64,000 nucleotides of DNA from Candidatus Doudnabacteria bacterium (GTDB lineage Bacteria; Patescibacteriota; Doudnabacteria; UBA920). The position numbers were made by a program, and so were the translations under genes. The stretch lies in assembly GCA_963768175.1 (NCBI GenBank), contig CAVYGQ010000001.1, positions 254,305 to 318,304 on the forward strand, written 5' to 3'. Under the pieces are notes generated by a model. It searched no databases. It saw only the letters and a program-made list of their open reading frames with translations, and was not told where the DNA came from. Shown here piece by piece: positions 28,571 to 39,031 of this stretch. Within the stretch, counting starts at the first letter, position 1. Each line of letters begins with the position of its first letter.

Positions 28571-30208
28571 TTAATTCACCTTATATTCCGTCACATAAAT
28601 ATTGGTACCGACCCAAGGCCGGACATCGGGGAAGTCCCTCTTATCGACGGATGTCCAGTTGAGGGGCACTTGAGGCCCGTCGGGGTCAGACCCAAAAGCA
28701 TCAGTCCACAAAAGCCAGACTGTGTCTCCTGTATGCACGGCGTCCGAAAAACTTGGGAGCAAATCCTGATTGGTCAGCAGGGCTATGCCTTCCACATGCG
28801 AAATTTGGCTTATGTCGCCGCGCCCTCCGGTAAACAACAGAGGCTGCACGCCCTTGGGCAGGGGGTAATAGGTATAATCGTAATATTTGTAGTTAAAAAA
28901 TTCAAAACTACTGCCAACAAAAACATGGTCGTTTTCCGCGACTACGGAATGCAAAAAAATGGCCGCGCCGTTCATGCCAGGGTTTTTTGCAATGTCCAAC
29001 CCGTTCCAATAATGGAAAAACGCGCAAAAACTGAATAAACAGTAAGCGGTAAATAAAACTACAGATAGCCATTTTATGCGAATTTCGGAGAGCCAGGCGG
29101 CCAGGGCGACAATAAAAAATGTGCTGGAAAATAAAAAGTAGCGCTCTTCGTAAACCGAAACCGTGCTGCCTTTCAAGCGCGCCAACAAAACAAATAAAAT
29201 TGCACCGCCGAACGGGGCTATGGTCGCCAAAACCACCAGCCATTTTTCAAAATACTGGGTCTTGCGCAAAAACTGCCAAAAGAAAAAGATACAAAACAAA
29301 AATACAACCACTAGCATTTTTAAAGTAAAAGAATTGCTGTTGTCGTGCCCGATGCCCAAGAGCATAGCCCACAAAGTTCCGGGGATGCTCCAAATATCCA
29401 TTGGCGGAATCCAGTAGCCGGCAGAAACTTGCTTGTATTGGAAAATGAACTGTCTCAGCCAGGGGAGAAAAAATATAACTATCACAAGATACGACAGTAA
29501 TAACTCCCAGTAGCGCTTATAATTTGAGCGGTAATGATAGATGTGGTACACCAGCGCGTAAAAGCACAGCGCGGCCGTGGTAAACAAAAGATAGTAATGG
29601 GTAAAATTCATAATGCCGGCGCAAACCGCAAACCACAAATAGTGCCAAAGATAGGATTTTTTTAAGCTGATGTCCTGCGGTAGATTAGGCATGTTCAGTT
29701 TTTTATCATCGTAAAACTGTTTTTGCTCCCTAAGAGCACGGACCAAAAAGTAAGCTCCCAAAACCGAGAAAAACGCGCCCATGGTATACATTCTGGCTTC
29801 GGTGACGTATTGCAACTGAAAAGTACTGATGGCAACCAGCAAAGCCGCCCACAGAGCCATTTTTTCGCTCCTGCGCCCCGTACCTGAGGCTGTAGCCGAA
29901 TGGTGCGGGGTAAAGACGTATTTTACAAAAAGCCAGGTTGCCCAAATCGTCAAAACACCAAATAAAATGGAAAAGCCCCGCAAAGACAAAAGTTTGTCGC
30001 CAAAAACATAATGCCAAACTTTTAAGAAAATATAATACATCGGCGGGTGCACGTCCAAAGCCAGCCTCCGAAACATTTCCGGCCAGCTGTAGCGGATCAT
30101 CAGCGCCGAAAAAGCCTCGTCGTGCCAAAGCGAAATGGAAGTATTGTGATAAAACCTTAAAGCAGTTCCTACTGCTAAAATTACGATTAACCAAAAATAT
30201 TTTTTCAT
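28571..30208 (-). CDS. GT39/GT83-family membrane glycosyltransferase (ArnT/PMT-like)
   Basis: Multi-TM protein with N-terminal loop LWHDEAFSA...HPPMYY typical of ArnT/dolichyl-phosphate-mannose transferases. Confidence 0.75.
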   Translation of the reverse strand: MKKYFWLIVILAVGTALRFYHNTSISLWHDEAFSALMIRYSWPEMFRRLALDVHPPMYYIFLKVWHYVFGDKLLSLRGFSILFGVLTIWATWLFVKYVFTPHHSATASGTGRRSEKMALWAALLVAISTFQLQYVTEARMYTMGAFFSVLGAYFLVRALREQKQFYDDKKLNMPNLPQDISLKKSYLWHYLWFAVCAGIMNFTHYYLLFTTAALCFYALVYHIYHYRSNYKRYWELLLSYLVIVIFFLPWLRQFIFQYKQVSAGYWIPPMDIWSIPGTLWAMLLGIGHDNSNSFTLKMLVVVFLFCIFFFWQFLRKTQYFEKWLVVLATIAPFGGAILFVLLARLKGSTVSVYEERYFLFSSTFFIVALAAWLSEIRIKWLSVVLFTAYCLFSFCAFFHYWNGLDIAKNPGMNGAAIFLHSVVAENDHVFVGSSFEFFNYKYYDYTYYPLPKGVQPLLFTGGRGDISQISHVEGIALLTNQDLLPSFSDAVHTGDTVWLLWTDAFGSDPDGPQVPLNWTSVDKRDFPDVRPWVGTNIYVTEYKVN

Positions 30209-30285
30209 AGATTCTTCATTATTTTTCTCCCCAATTCATGGGGAGATGTCCCGCTTTTGGCGGGACAGAGAGGTTAAATCTAAAG

Positions 30286-30928
30286 TTAATTTGTAAATTT
30301 AAAAGAGGAAACGATTTTATTAAAAATGTTCACAGTATATGTATCAGAATCATCTTCAATCTCTAAATAATAAACCTTACCGTTATTTTCTATGAGTAAT
30401 TGATCTGAAGTAGTAACACCTGGCCAATAAACCATGTAAGCTTTTAGTCCACCCAAAGTACCAATAGAATAACTAGCCATAATTTCTGGATCTTTAGTAA
30501 TCTTTACCAGCCAATCTTCCAAGTTAGAAGCTTTTTCTTGGAAAAATAGTTGAGAAGGGTTTTCATAAATTCCTACACGAACAAGACCTTCATACAGTCC
30601 TGCATTATAATTTGTTGTATAAACCATCATCTCTGAATGTAATGGCGACCCTGAAACTGAAAAAGGATCAATATTCCAATCAGACGGATAATCCAAACTA
30701 AACCCATACTGGCTATTTGTATATGTTTTCCACCCATTGACTGCACTCGGGGACGATGACCCGCTGACATTGGTCTGCGATCTGGATTACTGATGAAGCA
30801 CCGGGTTTGGCCTGGTGATGAACAATAACCGGCCCCAAATCCGGTGCGGGTTGCTTTAAGTAGTAAAAAACACCGGCGCAAATTGTGGCGACTGCTAACA
30901 AAGTTAATGCCCAGTATTTTGGTTTCAT
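30286..30928 (-). pseudogene. secreted/lipoprotein-like hypothetical gene split by an apparent frameshift (ORFs 30713-30928 and 30286-30696)
   Basis: Upstream ORF has a signal-peptide-like N-terminus; the downstream ORF's frame is open across the junction (…YTNSQYGFSLDYPSDW…), so a 1-nt indel near 30700-30715 would fuse them. Confidence 0.4.
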
Positions 30929-30951
30929 AAAATGTTAATTGTTAATTGTGA

Positions 30952-32823
30952 TTAATGTATCTTATACACCGCCATTACATCTTGGTTAAATTGGTTGCGG
31001 TCTTCCTGGGCAAGATAGGCGTTGGAATGATATTGCTTAAATTTTACCGTGTCAAACAGACTGCTTTGGGTAAATACTATTTGGTCTTGTGAAGTTAGCC
31101 CCGAAAGCTCCCAGGCATGTTCCGGATCAACCTGGTGATAAGGCACATTGCACGGCTGGCTAAAATTGCCTTTTGGGTCGGAAGTCAAAAAATCCGTAGT
31201 TTGGATGGAAAATGAGTCCAAAACCAGATAGGTATGCTCTTTGGTTGAGCCAAGACCGGCAGCCACAGACTGATTGCAATGGTCAACCAAATATTGGCTG
31301 ACCGGCGTTAAATCCGCGCGGAAAGCGTAAAAATACTCCGGGCTATTTGCCGCGTACACAAAATATAAAAAGTAGGTTTGGAGCGTCAGGGCAACAAAGA
31401 AACAAACGACAAGAATTTTAAATGAAAAATTCACAATGCGTAACCGCGGCGGAGTAAAACTACTATCTTTCACCCAAGCAGGATCTTTATAATAATGCAA
31501 AACACTATTCCAAAGTTTTTTATGAAGTTTAATTATTATTTGAAAAAATTCATACAGCGCCCAAGCAGTAATAATAAACACCGGCGCAATGGCCCCGGCA
31601 CTGCGCAGTCCGTGCGGTATGCCTTCGGCTGTGGCCAACTCGGGCAACAGCATGCCCCAAAACCAACCAGTAAGCAAAAAATATCTCCAGTATTTTTGCC
31701 GTTTAGCCGGGGCAAAAAAATACCAAATCCCCAGCAGAGTTACAATTGCTAAACCAACCCCAAAAAACGGGCTGATTAACGGAGAAAGAAACGGATAGCC
31801 GGAAATGTTTTGCCGCCAATTTAAATCGCCCTGCGTAAAAAACCCGACTACCGATGCTTTTAGCACAGTCCAAAAAACCGCGGCTATAACCGGAAAAGAA
31901 GGCTTGCTGGTTAATTGCTGCCCGTTTACCAAATACAGGGATTGGTTGAAAATACTGACCTGGCCGCTGCGGCCGATAAAATAACCAAAATTGTGGTAAA
32001 AATAATCGGCAATCCAGGAAACAAAAACCGCAAAGGCCGCCACAAATACCAAAAACTGTTTCCGATATTTTTGTATTGCCACCTTTAGTTCATGTTTTTT
32101 AAATGATGCTAAAAGAGGCCAGAGCAAAACCATAAACAAAATCGGCACCATTATACGGTAGGCAATGTAAGTATAAAAACCCAGCGCAAAACTGGTTCCC
32201 AGTAAAAGTGAAAACCAATACCTGGCCTTTTGGCTTTGCGCCTGGTAAACGCGGAGCAAAAAATACAAGCTTATGGCGCCAAAAAGGGGAGTAAGGTTGG
32301 CTCTAAGCGCCGTGCGCGACAAAACAATGTGCCACGTGGAGACGGCCATTAAAAAGGATGCCAGCAAAGCAATACTTACTGCCCGCTTTTTTTTACGCTG
32401 CTCATCGTTTTCGCCTGAATCCGCCTTCGCTTCCATCTTCACTAAAGTTTCGTCGGACAAGAAAGCCCTAGCGGATGACCGGCTATTTTTATTTTCAAAG
32501 TCGGTCAAAAACAGGCGGTAGGCTACAAAAAATACCGCTATGACCGCAAGCACCCCGACCAAGGCGGAAGTCGCGTGCATTTGCCACTGGCCTTTGCCGA
32601 ATAAGGAGGTTGCTCCCCACTCCAAATAAAAAAACAAGGCTTCCCGTCCATTACCCCTTTCGTAAAAGGGCTGCAAGTGGCCCTGTTGCATTAAGTTGAC
32701 ATCCAGCCCATTAGCGGCTTCGTCCGGAAATAACCCGCCCGGCATACGGACAATTTGATAGAACCGAAAAAACACCGCTAAAAGAATTATCAGCATCAAG
32801 TAAACTTTTTGTTTCCTGCTCAT
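30952..32823 (-). CDS. GT39/GT83-family membrane glycosyltransferase (ArnT/PMT-like), second copy
   Basis: GGLFPDEAANG ... multi-TM; same family as 28571-30208. Confidence 0.75.
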   Translation of the reverse strand: MSRKQKVYLMLIILLAVFFRFYQIVRMPGGLFPDEAANGLDVNLMQQGHLQPFYERGNGREALFFYLEWGATSLFGKGQWQMHATSALVGVLAVIAVFFVAYRLFLTDFENKNSRSSARAFLSDETLVKMEAKADSGENDEQRKKKRAVSIALLASFLMAVSTWHIVLSRTALRANLTPLFGAISLYFLLRVYQAQSQKARYWFSLLLGTSFALGFYTYIAYRIMVPILFMVLLWPLLASFKKHELKVAIQKYRKQFLVFVAAFAVFVSWIADYFYHNFGYFIGRSGQVSIFNQSLYLVNGQQLTSKPSFPVIAAVFWTVLKASVVGFFTQGDLNWRQNISGYPFLSPLISPFFGVGLAIVTLLGIWYFFAPAKRQKYWRYFLLTGWFWGMLLPELATAEGIPHGLRSAGAIAPVFIITAWALYEFFQIIIKLHKKLWNSVLHYYKDPAWVKDSSFTPPRLRIVNFSFKILVVCFFVALTLQTYFLYFVYAANSPEYFYAFRADLTPVSQYLVDHCNQSVAAGLGSTKEHTYLVLDSFSIQTTDFLTSDPKGNFSQPCNVPYHQVDPEHAWELSGLTSQDQIVFTQSSLFDTVKFKQYHSNAYLAQEDRNQFNQDVMAVYKIH

Positions 32824-32943
32824 GGGTTGTAATTTTCCGGCTTAATTATAGTTTTTATTTTATTTTCAAATAAACTCTGGCAATGGAAATTAATCCCTTT
32901 TTTTGCTATAATTGGAAAGTAAAAAAACCGTTATCTAAATGAA

Positions 32944-33300
32944 ATGACGCTTAAGCGTACGGAAAAAATTAAAGCTTGGTTACTAAATATTTGGTTTCTA
33001 TGGGCCTTGTGCCTAATTTTTAATATTATAACATTTTTATTCATATATTTCAAAATTCACCCGGGCAATAAAACCCTGGCTTTGCACTATAACGTATTGG
33101 TCGGCGTGCAGTGGTATGGCAAAGGAAAAAATTTGTACCTTATCCCGGGAGTTGGGTTGGTTATATCAGCAGCCAATTTTACGCTCTATAGAGCTTTGCG
33201 TGACAATAAAAATTTTTTATCGGCGCTAACGGTTTTTGTCAGCCTTTGCGCACAAGTAATTTTGCTTGCCGTGTCTTTATTTTTGTCTAAAGTGAACTAA
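32944..33300 (+). CDS. small integral membrane protein (118 aa)
   Basis: Three or four TM segments; possibly a GtrA-like flippase accessory protein, but this is unproven. Confidence 0.4.
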   Translation: MTLKRTEKIKAWLLNIWFLWALCLIFNIITFLFIYFKIHPGNKTLALHYNVLVGVQWYGKGKNLYLIPGVGLVISAANFTLYRALRDNKNFLSALTVFVSLCAQVILLAVSLFLSKVN

Positions 33301-33415
33301 CGCGGATCTACTGATGGTACACGGATCAACGGATGACTACAGATACCGCTGGCAGTGCCCATCAGTAAACATCGGTAGATCCGAATTCAATCCGTAGATC
33401 CGTGTTAACTAAATT

Positions 33416-35074
33416 ATGTTTAGAAAAAGAACATTCCAAGAAAGACTGTGGGAAATTTTACCCGGGTTGCAATTTTGGGTGGTTTTCTTCGGATCCATTT
33501 TGCTTTCATTTTACTTGCCGGTGTGGGCGGCAATTTTTATTATTTGTTTTGATTTATACTGGGTCTTAAAGGCAATAAACGTCGCCGTCCATTTGTTGGC
33601 CAGTTATAGAAAATTTAAGTTTATTGTCACCATAAACTGGGAAGATTATATAAAACGACTGGGTAATTTCCAAAAGTTTACGGAATTTTTGCTGGTACAG
33701 GAAAAAGCCTCTAAAACATCCCTGGCAAAAACTTTTTTCAGCGAGGAAATAATAAAAATCCAAAGGCTAACGGCCTTGGGCAAAGCAGGCGGCGATTATT
33801 TAAATTACTACCAGCTGATTTTAATCCCGTTTATTGACGAAAGCTTTGAAGTTTTAGACTCAACTTTTAAGGCCTTGGGCGCCAGCAATTACCCCAAAGA
33901 AAAAATGATTGTGCTTTTGGCCAGCGAAGAACGCGCCGGGGCTAAAGCGCAGAAGGTGGCCGCGCAAATTAAGGAAAAATACCAAGGCCAATTTTATAAA
34001 TTTTTTGTCACCGTCCACCCGGATGGGCTTTTAGGCGAAATTAAGGGCAAAAGCGCCAACGCCAGTTTTGCGGTCCAGTCAATTTTGCCGGAATTACAAA
34101 AATTAGACATAAAGGATGAGCAGGTTTTAGTCTCCAACTTTGATTCCGACACAATCATCCACCCGCAATATTTTGCACGGGTTATGTACGAATTTTTAAC
34201 CGTGGACAAACCCTACCAAAAAAGCTACCAGCCCGTGGCTATTTACAATAATAATATCTGGGACAGCCCGGCAATCATTAGGGTAGTTTCGGTCTCCAAT
34301 TCCTTTTGGCAATTTACGGAAAGCAGCCGGCCTGACCGCCTGCGGACTTTTTCCTCGCACACTATGACTCTAAAAGCCTTAATTGAGGTGGGCTTTTGGG
34401 AAAAAGATATCGTTAATGAAGATGGTTATATTTACTGGCAATGCTATTTGCATTATAACGGCGACTACCAGGTGGTGCCATTGTTTATCCCAATTTCTTT
34501 GGATACCTGTTTGGCCAAAAGCACCTGGCAAACCTTAATTAACCAGTACAAGCAAAAACGCCGCTGGGCTTACAACGTAGAATACTACCCCCATTTAATC
34601 CCCGCACTTTTAAAATCCAAAGCTAAATTTTGGGACAAAATGTATAAACTTTACCAATACGCGGAAGGCAATTTTAACTGGGCAACCGCCAGCATACTTA
34701 TTACTCTCTTAGGCCGTTTGCCTTTGTATTTGGGCGGCGAAGCCTTTAACCAGAGCGTAGTCGGCTATAATTTGCCCAAAATAACGGTTATCCTGCTGGA
34801 TATAGCTTTGGTATTTTTGATTTTCAGCGTCTATGTAAACATGGTCCTACTGCCGCCGCGGCCGAAAAAATACAGCGTCTGGCGCTCTGTTATGATGTAC
34901 GTACAGTGGATTTTTGTGCCGTTTGTTTCGGTAATTTTCGGCAGCCTTCCGGCCGTGGAAGCCCAAACCCGCCTGATGTTCGGCAAATATCTGGAATTTT
35001 GGGTTACTCCCAAAGCCCGAAAAGGAGAAAACACCGGACTGACCATGAAGGAAATGCAAACCACGAATAAATAA
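33416..35074 (+). CDS. family 2 glycosyltransferase, processive type (cellulose/chitin-synthase-like, membrane-embedded)
   Basis: DSD (NFDSD) and QxxRW (QYKQKRRW) motifs, TM helices at both ends. Confidence 0.75.
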   Translation: MFRKRTFQERLWEILPGLQFWVVFFGSILLSFYLPVWAAIFIICFDLYWVLKAINVAVHLLASYRKFKFIVTINWEDYIKRLGNFQKFTEFLLVQEKASKTSLAKTFFSEEIIKIQRLTALGKAGGDYLNYYQLILIPFIDESFEVLDSTFKALGASNYPKEKMIVLLASEERAGAKAQKVAAQIKEKYQGQFYKFFVTVHPDGLLGEIKGKSANASFAVQSILPELQKLDIKDEQVLVSNFDSDTIIHPQYFARVMYEFLTVDKPYQKSYQPVAIYNNNIWDSPAIIRVVSVSNSFWQFTESSRPDRLRTFSSHTMTLKALIEVGFWEKDIVNEDGYIYWQCYLHYNGDYQVVPLFIPISLDTCLAKSTWQTLINQYKQKRRWAYNVEYYPHLIPALLKSKAKFWDKMYKLYQYAEGNFNWATASILITLLGRLPLYLGGEAFNQSVVGYNLPKITVILLDIALVFLIFSVYVNMVLLPPRPKKYSVWRSVMMYVQWIFVPFVSVIFGSLPAVEAQTRLMFGKYLEFWVTPKARKGENTGLTMKEMQTTNK

Positions 35075-35083
35075 TATACTTTT

Positions 35084-37507
35084 GTGCGGAAACTTTTTTT
35101 ACAAATTGAAGATAAAATTAATTTACGGCCAAACTCTGCCGCCGCAGTTATTTTAAGCTTGCTGGTTTTAATTTTTATTTCACCCTCGTTTTTTCAAGGA
35201 CGCTTTTTGGCGCCGGTGGATACCACCCATTACGTGGCGCCGTATTTGGATATAACCACCCAGATGCTGCCGTGGTGGAAACTTTCCGGTGAGCTGGTCA
35301 AATCCGGCCATTTGCCGTTTTGGAACATTTTTTCCGGCAACGGTTTGCCTCTTTTAGCCAATATGCAGTCCGCGGTTTTTTTTCCGCTAACCTGGCTGTT
35401 TTATATTTTTAACGTCCGTTTCGCGCTGGATGCTTACGCGTTTTTAAAATTGCTTTTGATGGGTTTGCTTACCTATTTTTATTTGCGCGAACTGAAATTA
35501 AAGTATTACCCCTGTTTGCTCGGGGCAATTTTATTCGCTTTTTGTAATAGCAACGTCATCTGGTTTTTATGGCCCCTGACTTCGGTAATTTTAATTTTGC
35601 CTTTATCGTTTTTCCTGCTGGAGCGGTATTTTAATACTCGCGATATTAAAACCGCCTTCTGGCTTGCGCCAGTAACGGCTTTGGGTTTATTTGCCGGGCA
35701 CCCGCAAACCTTTTTTTATATTTTTTGCGCGATTTACGGCTATACGGTATTTAAATCGTTTTTCTTTGGCCAAAACTTAAGACAGGGGACTTACAAATTA
35801 ATTTTACTCTCGGCAATTTACCTCCTCGGCTTTATTATGTCCGCATTGGCGGTTTTGCCGTTTTTGGAATATTTAAAGCTAAGCGCCAATTTAAATTACC
35901 GCGCAGGCTTTACCGAAAACCCGTTTTATTTGCAGCCGCTGGTATTTTTGGCTAATTTAATTCCGGATTTTTACGGCAATACCGGCGTAAAAAACTTCAG
36001 CTATTTGCTGGTGCCGAATTACGGCGAACTGGCGCTGGGCTACATTGGCATTAGCGGTTTTATAATGGCACTGTTCGCCTTTGGCAAAAAGATGCGAAAA
36101 CAGATCTGGTTTTTCATTATCCTCGCGGTCTTTTGCTTATCCTTGATTTATCACGCGCCGATTATTTATTTTCTGATAAATAAATTTCCCGGTTTTAACC
36201 TGAATTACAATAACCGCCTGCTGTATTTATGGGCGTTTTGCGGCTCGGTGCTGGCGGCTTTCGGCTTGGAAAATTTGCTTGATAACAAAATTTGCCGCAA
36301 ACGCCTGAACTGGACCTTTGCCGGTTTTGCGATTTTTTCGTTGATTTTTATCGTGGCCAATAAAATTGCCACCAGACATTGGCAGTTCGCGCATAATCTT
36401 AACTGGCACACGGTCAGCCTGTGGCAAGACGCGCTAATTATTGCTTTTTTTGCCAACCTTCTGGTGGCGTATTTGATAATCAAAACTGCGGTTGCTTCGC
36501 CAAATAATAGTGTTCGACCAAGTGGAGAACCTATTATTTGGCCTGGTGACAAAAATATCTTCTCCACAAAGCCTGCCCTAAGCTTGCCGAAGGGGTCGAA
36601 GAATATTTTTGTTTTTCCCAAACTTTCCTTCCTTATGCTTTTTTTACTGATTATCATCGAAACCACCATCCACGGCATGATCTTTATGAAAACTTCTAAA
36701 CCGGCTAATTTTTACCCCAACGAGCCGGCCTTAAATTATCTGCAAAACCAGTATCCTCAAAATTTTTACCGGGTTTTTACTTATGGCGACAATTTACTGC
36801 CCAACATCGGCACCCGGTACCATATTAACGAGCTCAACGACCACGACACCATCTATTTAACCAGCAACAAACAGCTTAAGGCGGCGGTGGGCGATTACAA
36901 CTATTCGCCGGAATATACTTTTAGCGACCCGAATTTTAACGCCTTGCGCTTTTTAAGCGTAGGGTACTTGCTTTATCCCGCGCAGCAAGGCTTGGATTTT
37001 TTAAAATTCCACGCGGCCGATTTAAGTTTGGCTTTTAGCGATAATAATTACGCCGTATTAAAACTGAATAACCCCTTGCCCAGGGCTTTTACCATTAAAG
37101 CTTCCGATACTAATGATTTAATAACCAAACTGGCCGGTTTGCAAAACGGCAAAAATCTAAACTTGATAATACCAGCCGTAGGTTTTAGCATTTTGGAAGA
37201 CGGCGCGGAAAATATTGTCTATAACGCGCCCTCAGGCAGTTACTTGGTAACCACCGATAATTACTATCCCGGCTGGTTTGCGAAAATTGACGGTCGGCGC
37301 ATTCCGGTGCAGAATGTAATGGGCTTAAGGGCCGTGGCCGTCCCAGCAGGGAAGGGCAGCATTAAAATTGGTTATCATCCCAAAAACTACGCCTATGGCT
37401 TAGGCTGGAAATTATCGCTGGCCGCGGTTTTGCTTTGGCTTTTACTATACCTTTGGCTATCAAAAACTAACCATAAACCAAAACAAGCCGCTTTACCCAA
37501 TTTATGA
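35084..37507 (+). CDS. YfhO-family membrane protein
   Basis: About 800 aa, many N-terminal TM helices, conserved HLPFWN motif, C-terminal TM anchor. Confidence 0.65.
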   Translation: MRKLFLQIEDKINLRPNSAAAVILSLLVLIFISPSFFQGRFLAPVDTTHYVAPYLDITTQMLPWWKLSGELVKSGHLPFWNIFSGNGLPLLANMQSAVFFPLTWLFYIFNVRFALDAYAFLKLLLMGLLTYFYLRELKLKYYPCLLGAILFAFCNSNVIWFLWPLTSVILILPLSFFLLERYFNTRDIKTAFWLAPVTALGLFAGHPQTFFYIFCAIYGYTVFKSFFFGQNLRQGTYKLILLSAIYLLGFIMSALAVLPFLEYLKLSANLNYRAGFTENPFYLQPLVFLANLIPDFYGNTGVKNFSYLLVPNYGELALGYIGISGFIMALFAFGKKMRKQIWFFIILAVFCLSLIYHAPIIYFLINKFPGFNLNYNNRLLYLWAFCGSVLAAFGLENLLDNKICRKRLNWTFAGFAIFSLIFIVANKIATRHWQFAHNLNWHTVSLWQDALIIAFFANLLVAYLIIKTAVASPNNSVRPSGEPIIWPGDKNIFSTKPALSLPKGSKNIFVFPKLSFLMLFLLIIIETTIHGMIFMKTSKPANFYPNEPALNYLQNQYPQNFYRVFTYGDNLLPNIGTRYHINELNDHDTIYLTSNKQLKAAVGDYNYSPEYTFSDPNFNALRFLSVGYLLYPAQQGLDFLKFHAADLSLAFSDNNYAVLKLNNPLPRAFTIKASDTNDLITKLAGLQNGKNLNLIIPAVGFSILEDGAENIVYNAPSGSYLVTTDNYYPGWFAKIDGRRIPVQNVMGLRAVAVPAGKGSIKIGYHPKNYAYGLGWKLSLAAVLLWLLLYLWLSKTNHKPKQAALPNL

Positions 37508-38631
37508 TGTATTTACTTTTCTTTTTATTGGCTTTGTTGCTCTCGCTTGGCATTACACCTGTTATAAAAAAGCTTGCCTGGTGCCGGCGGGTTTTGGATT
37601 TACCCGACCAATCCCGAAAACTGCACCCAAATCCTACGCCGCTTTTGGGAGGGGCGGCTGTTTATTTGAGCATGCTTGTTGCACTATTGGCATACTTTGA
37701 ATTCGGACATCCGGATTTTAATATTGTGCCCATGCGATTTTTCTGCGGAATCATTTTTGGCGGCTTAATTTTAATTATCGGCGGCGCCTTAGACGACAAA
37801 TTTAACTTACCGCCAAAAATTTTGTGGCTGTTTCCGGCCTTGGCGTCTTTAATAATTATTTGGTCGGGCATTGGCGTAGGCATAACCCATATAAGCAACC
37901 CGTTTGGCTCGCCGATAAACATTAACCATAATTTTCAATTTTTAATTTTTAATTTTCGATTGTCTGCTATTTTGGTTTGGCTCTGGATGATGGGCATGAT
38001 TTTTACCACCAAGCTTTTGGACGGGCTGGACGGGCTATGCAGCGGAGTGGGGCTAATCGGCTCGCTGACCATGTTTGCTTTATCGCTGACAGCCAAAGTC
38101 AACCAGCCGATTACCGCCACCATCGCGATTATTTTTGCGGGATGCCTTTTAGGATTTTTGTTTTATAATTTTAACCCGGCTTCAATTTTTTTGGGGGAAT
38201 CGGGCAGCACATTAATTGGTTTTATGCTCGGCGTGCTGGCCATTATTTTAGGGGCAAAAATCGCCACGGCTTTGCTGGTTATGGGTATTCCGATCTTAGA
38301 CGTTGCCTGGGCCATTATCCGCCGGCTGTTTTACCGCCGCAGTCCCTTTAAAGGCGACCGCCAGCACCTGCATTTCAGGCTCCTGGATATTGGTTTAAGC
38401 CAGCGCCAGGCGGTTTTGGCGCTTTACGCGATATCAGTAGTTTTTGGCGGCGTCGCCATATTTTTGCAAAGCTACGGCAAACTAATCGCTCTGTTAATTT
38501 TATTTATAGTAATGATAATTATCGCTCTAACCACGGTGATTTTGTACAAAAAACAACACCCGCATTTGCCCGACTTGTTTGACTATGCGGAGTTGACGGA
38601 TAAACAAAAAGCTGATAAAATATCCGAGTAA
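37504..38631 (+). CDS. polyprenyl-phosphate N-acetylhexosamine-1-phosphate transferase (WecA/MraY family)
   Basis: KLHPNPTPLLGG and TKLLDGLDGL motifs; overlaps the YfhO gene stop by 4 nt. Confidence 0.75.
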   Translation: MMYLLFFLLALLLSLGITPVIKKLAWCRRVLDLPDQSRKLHPNPTPLLGGAAVYLSMLVALLAYFEFGHPDFNIVPMRFFCGIIFGGLILIIGGALDDKFNLPPKILWLFPALASLIIIWSGIGVGITHISNPFGSPININHNFQFLIFNFRLSAILVWLWMMGMIFTTKLLDGLDGLCSGVGLIGSLTMFALSLTAKVNQPITATIAIIFAGCLLGFLFYNFNPASIFLGESGSTLIGFMLGVLAIILGAKIATALLVMGIPILDVAWAIIRRLFYRRSPFKGDRQHLHFRLLDIGLSQRQAVLALYAISVVFGGVAIFLQSYGKLIALLILFIVMIIIALTTVILYKKQHPHLPDLFDYAELTDKQKADKISE

Positions 38632-38662
38632 CTTAAATCTTTAATCATAAATCTTTAATCTG

Positions 38663-38956
38663 ATGTTAGCTATCATAGAATCCGGCGGAAAACAATATTT
38701 GGTTAAAACCGGCGATAAAATCCAGGTAGAAAAGCTAAATGCGGAAGCCGGTAAGACCGTCACCTTTGATAAAGTTTTATTTCACGACGGCAAAGTCGGC
38801 AAACCCTACGTCTCCGGGGCGACCGTGACCGGCAAAGTCCTAAAGCAGGGCAGGGGAGACAAAGTCCACGTGCTCAAATACCGCGCCAAAAGCAAATATC
38901 GAAGGAAAATTGGGGCGAGGCAAGCTTATACCGAAATAGAGATTACCAAAGCATAA
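38663..38956 (+). CDS. rplU: 50S ribosomal protein L21
   Basis: [15 protein letters not shown]...VEKL. matches bL21. Confidence 0.9.
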   Translation: MLAIIESGGKQYLVKTGDKIQVEKLNAEAGKTVTFDKVLFHDGKVGKPYVSGATVTGKVLKQGRGDKVHVLKYRAKSKYRRKIGARQAYTEIEITKA

Positions 38957-38977
38957 ATATATACACCAATGAATAAA

Positions 38978-39012
38978 GGACTGCCAGGGCGACCGCCAAG
39001 GCAGTCCTTTTT
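38978..39012. terminator. bidirectional hairpin terminator between rplU and the GC-rich gene
   Basis: ggactgcc-loop-ggcagtcc + ttttt on the plus strand; T-rich on the minus strand as well. Confidence 0.65.
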
Positions 39013-39031
39013 CGTTTCCGCCAGTTCGTTC

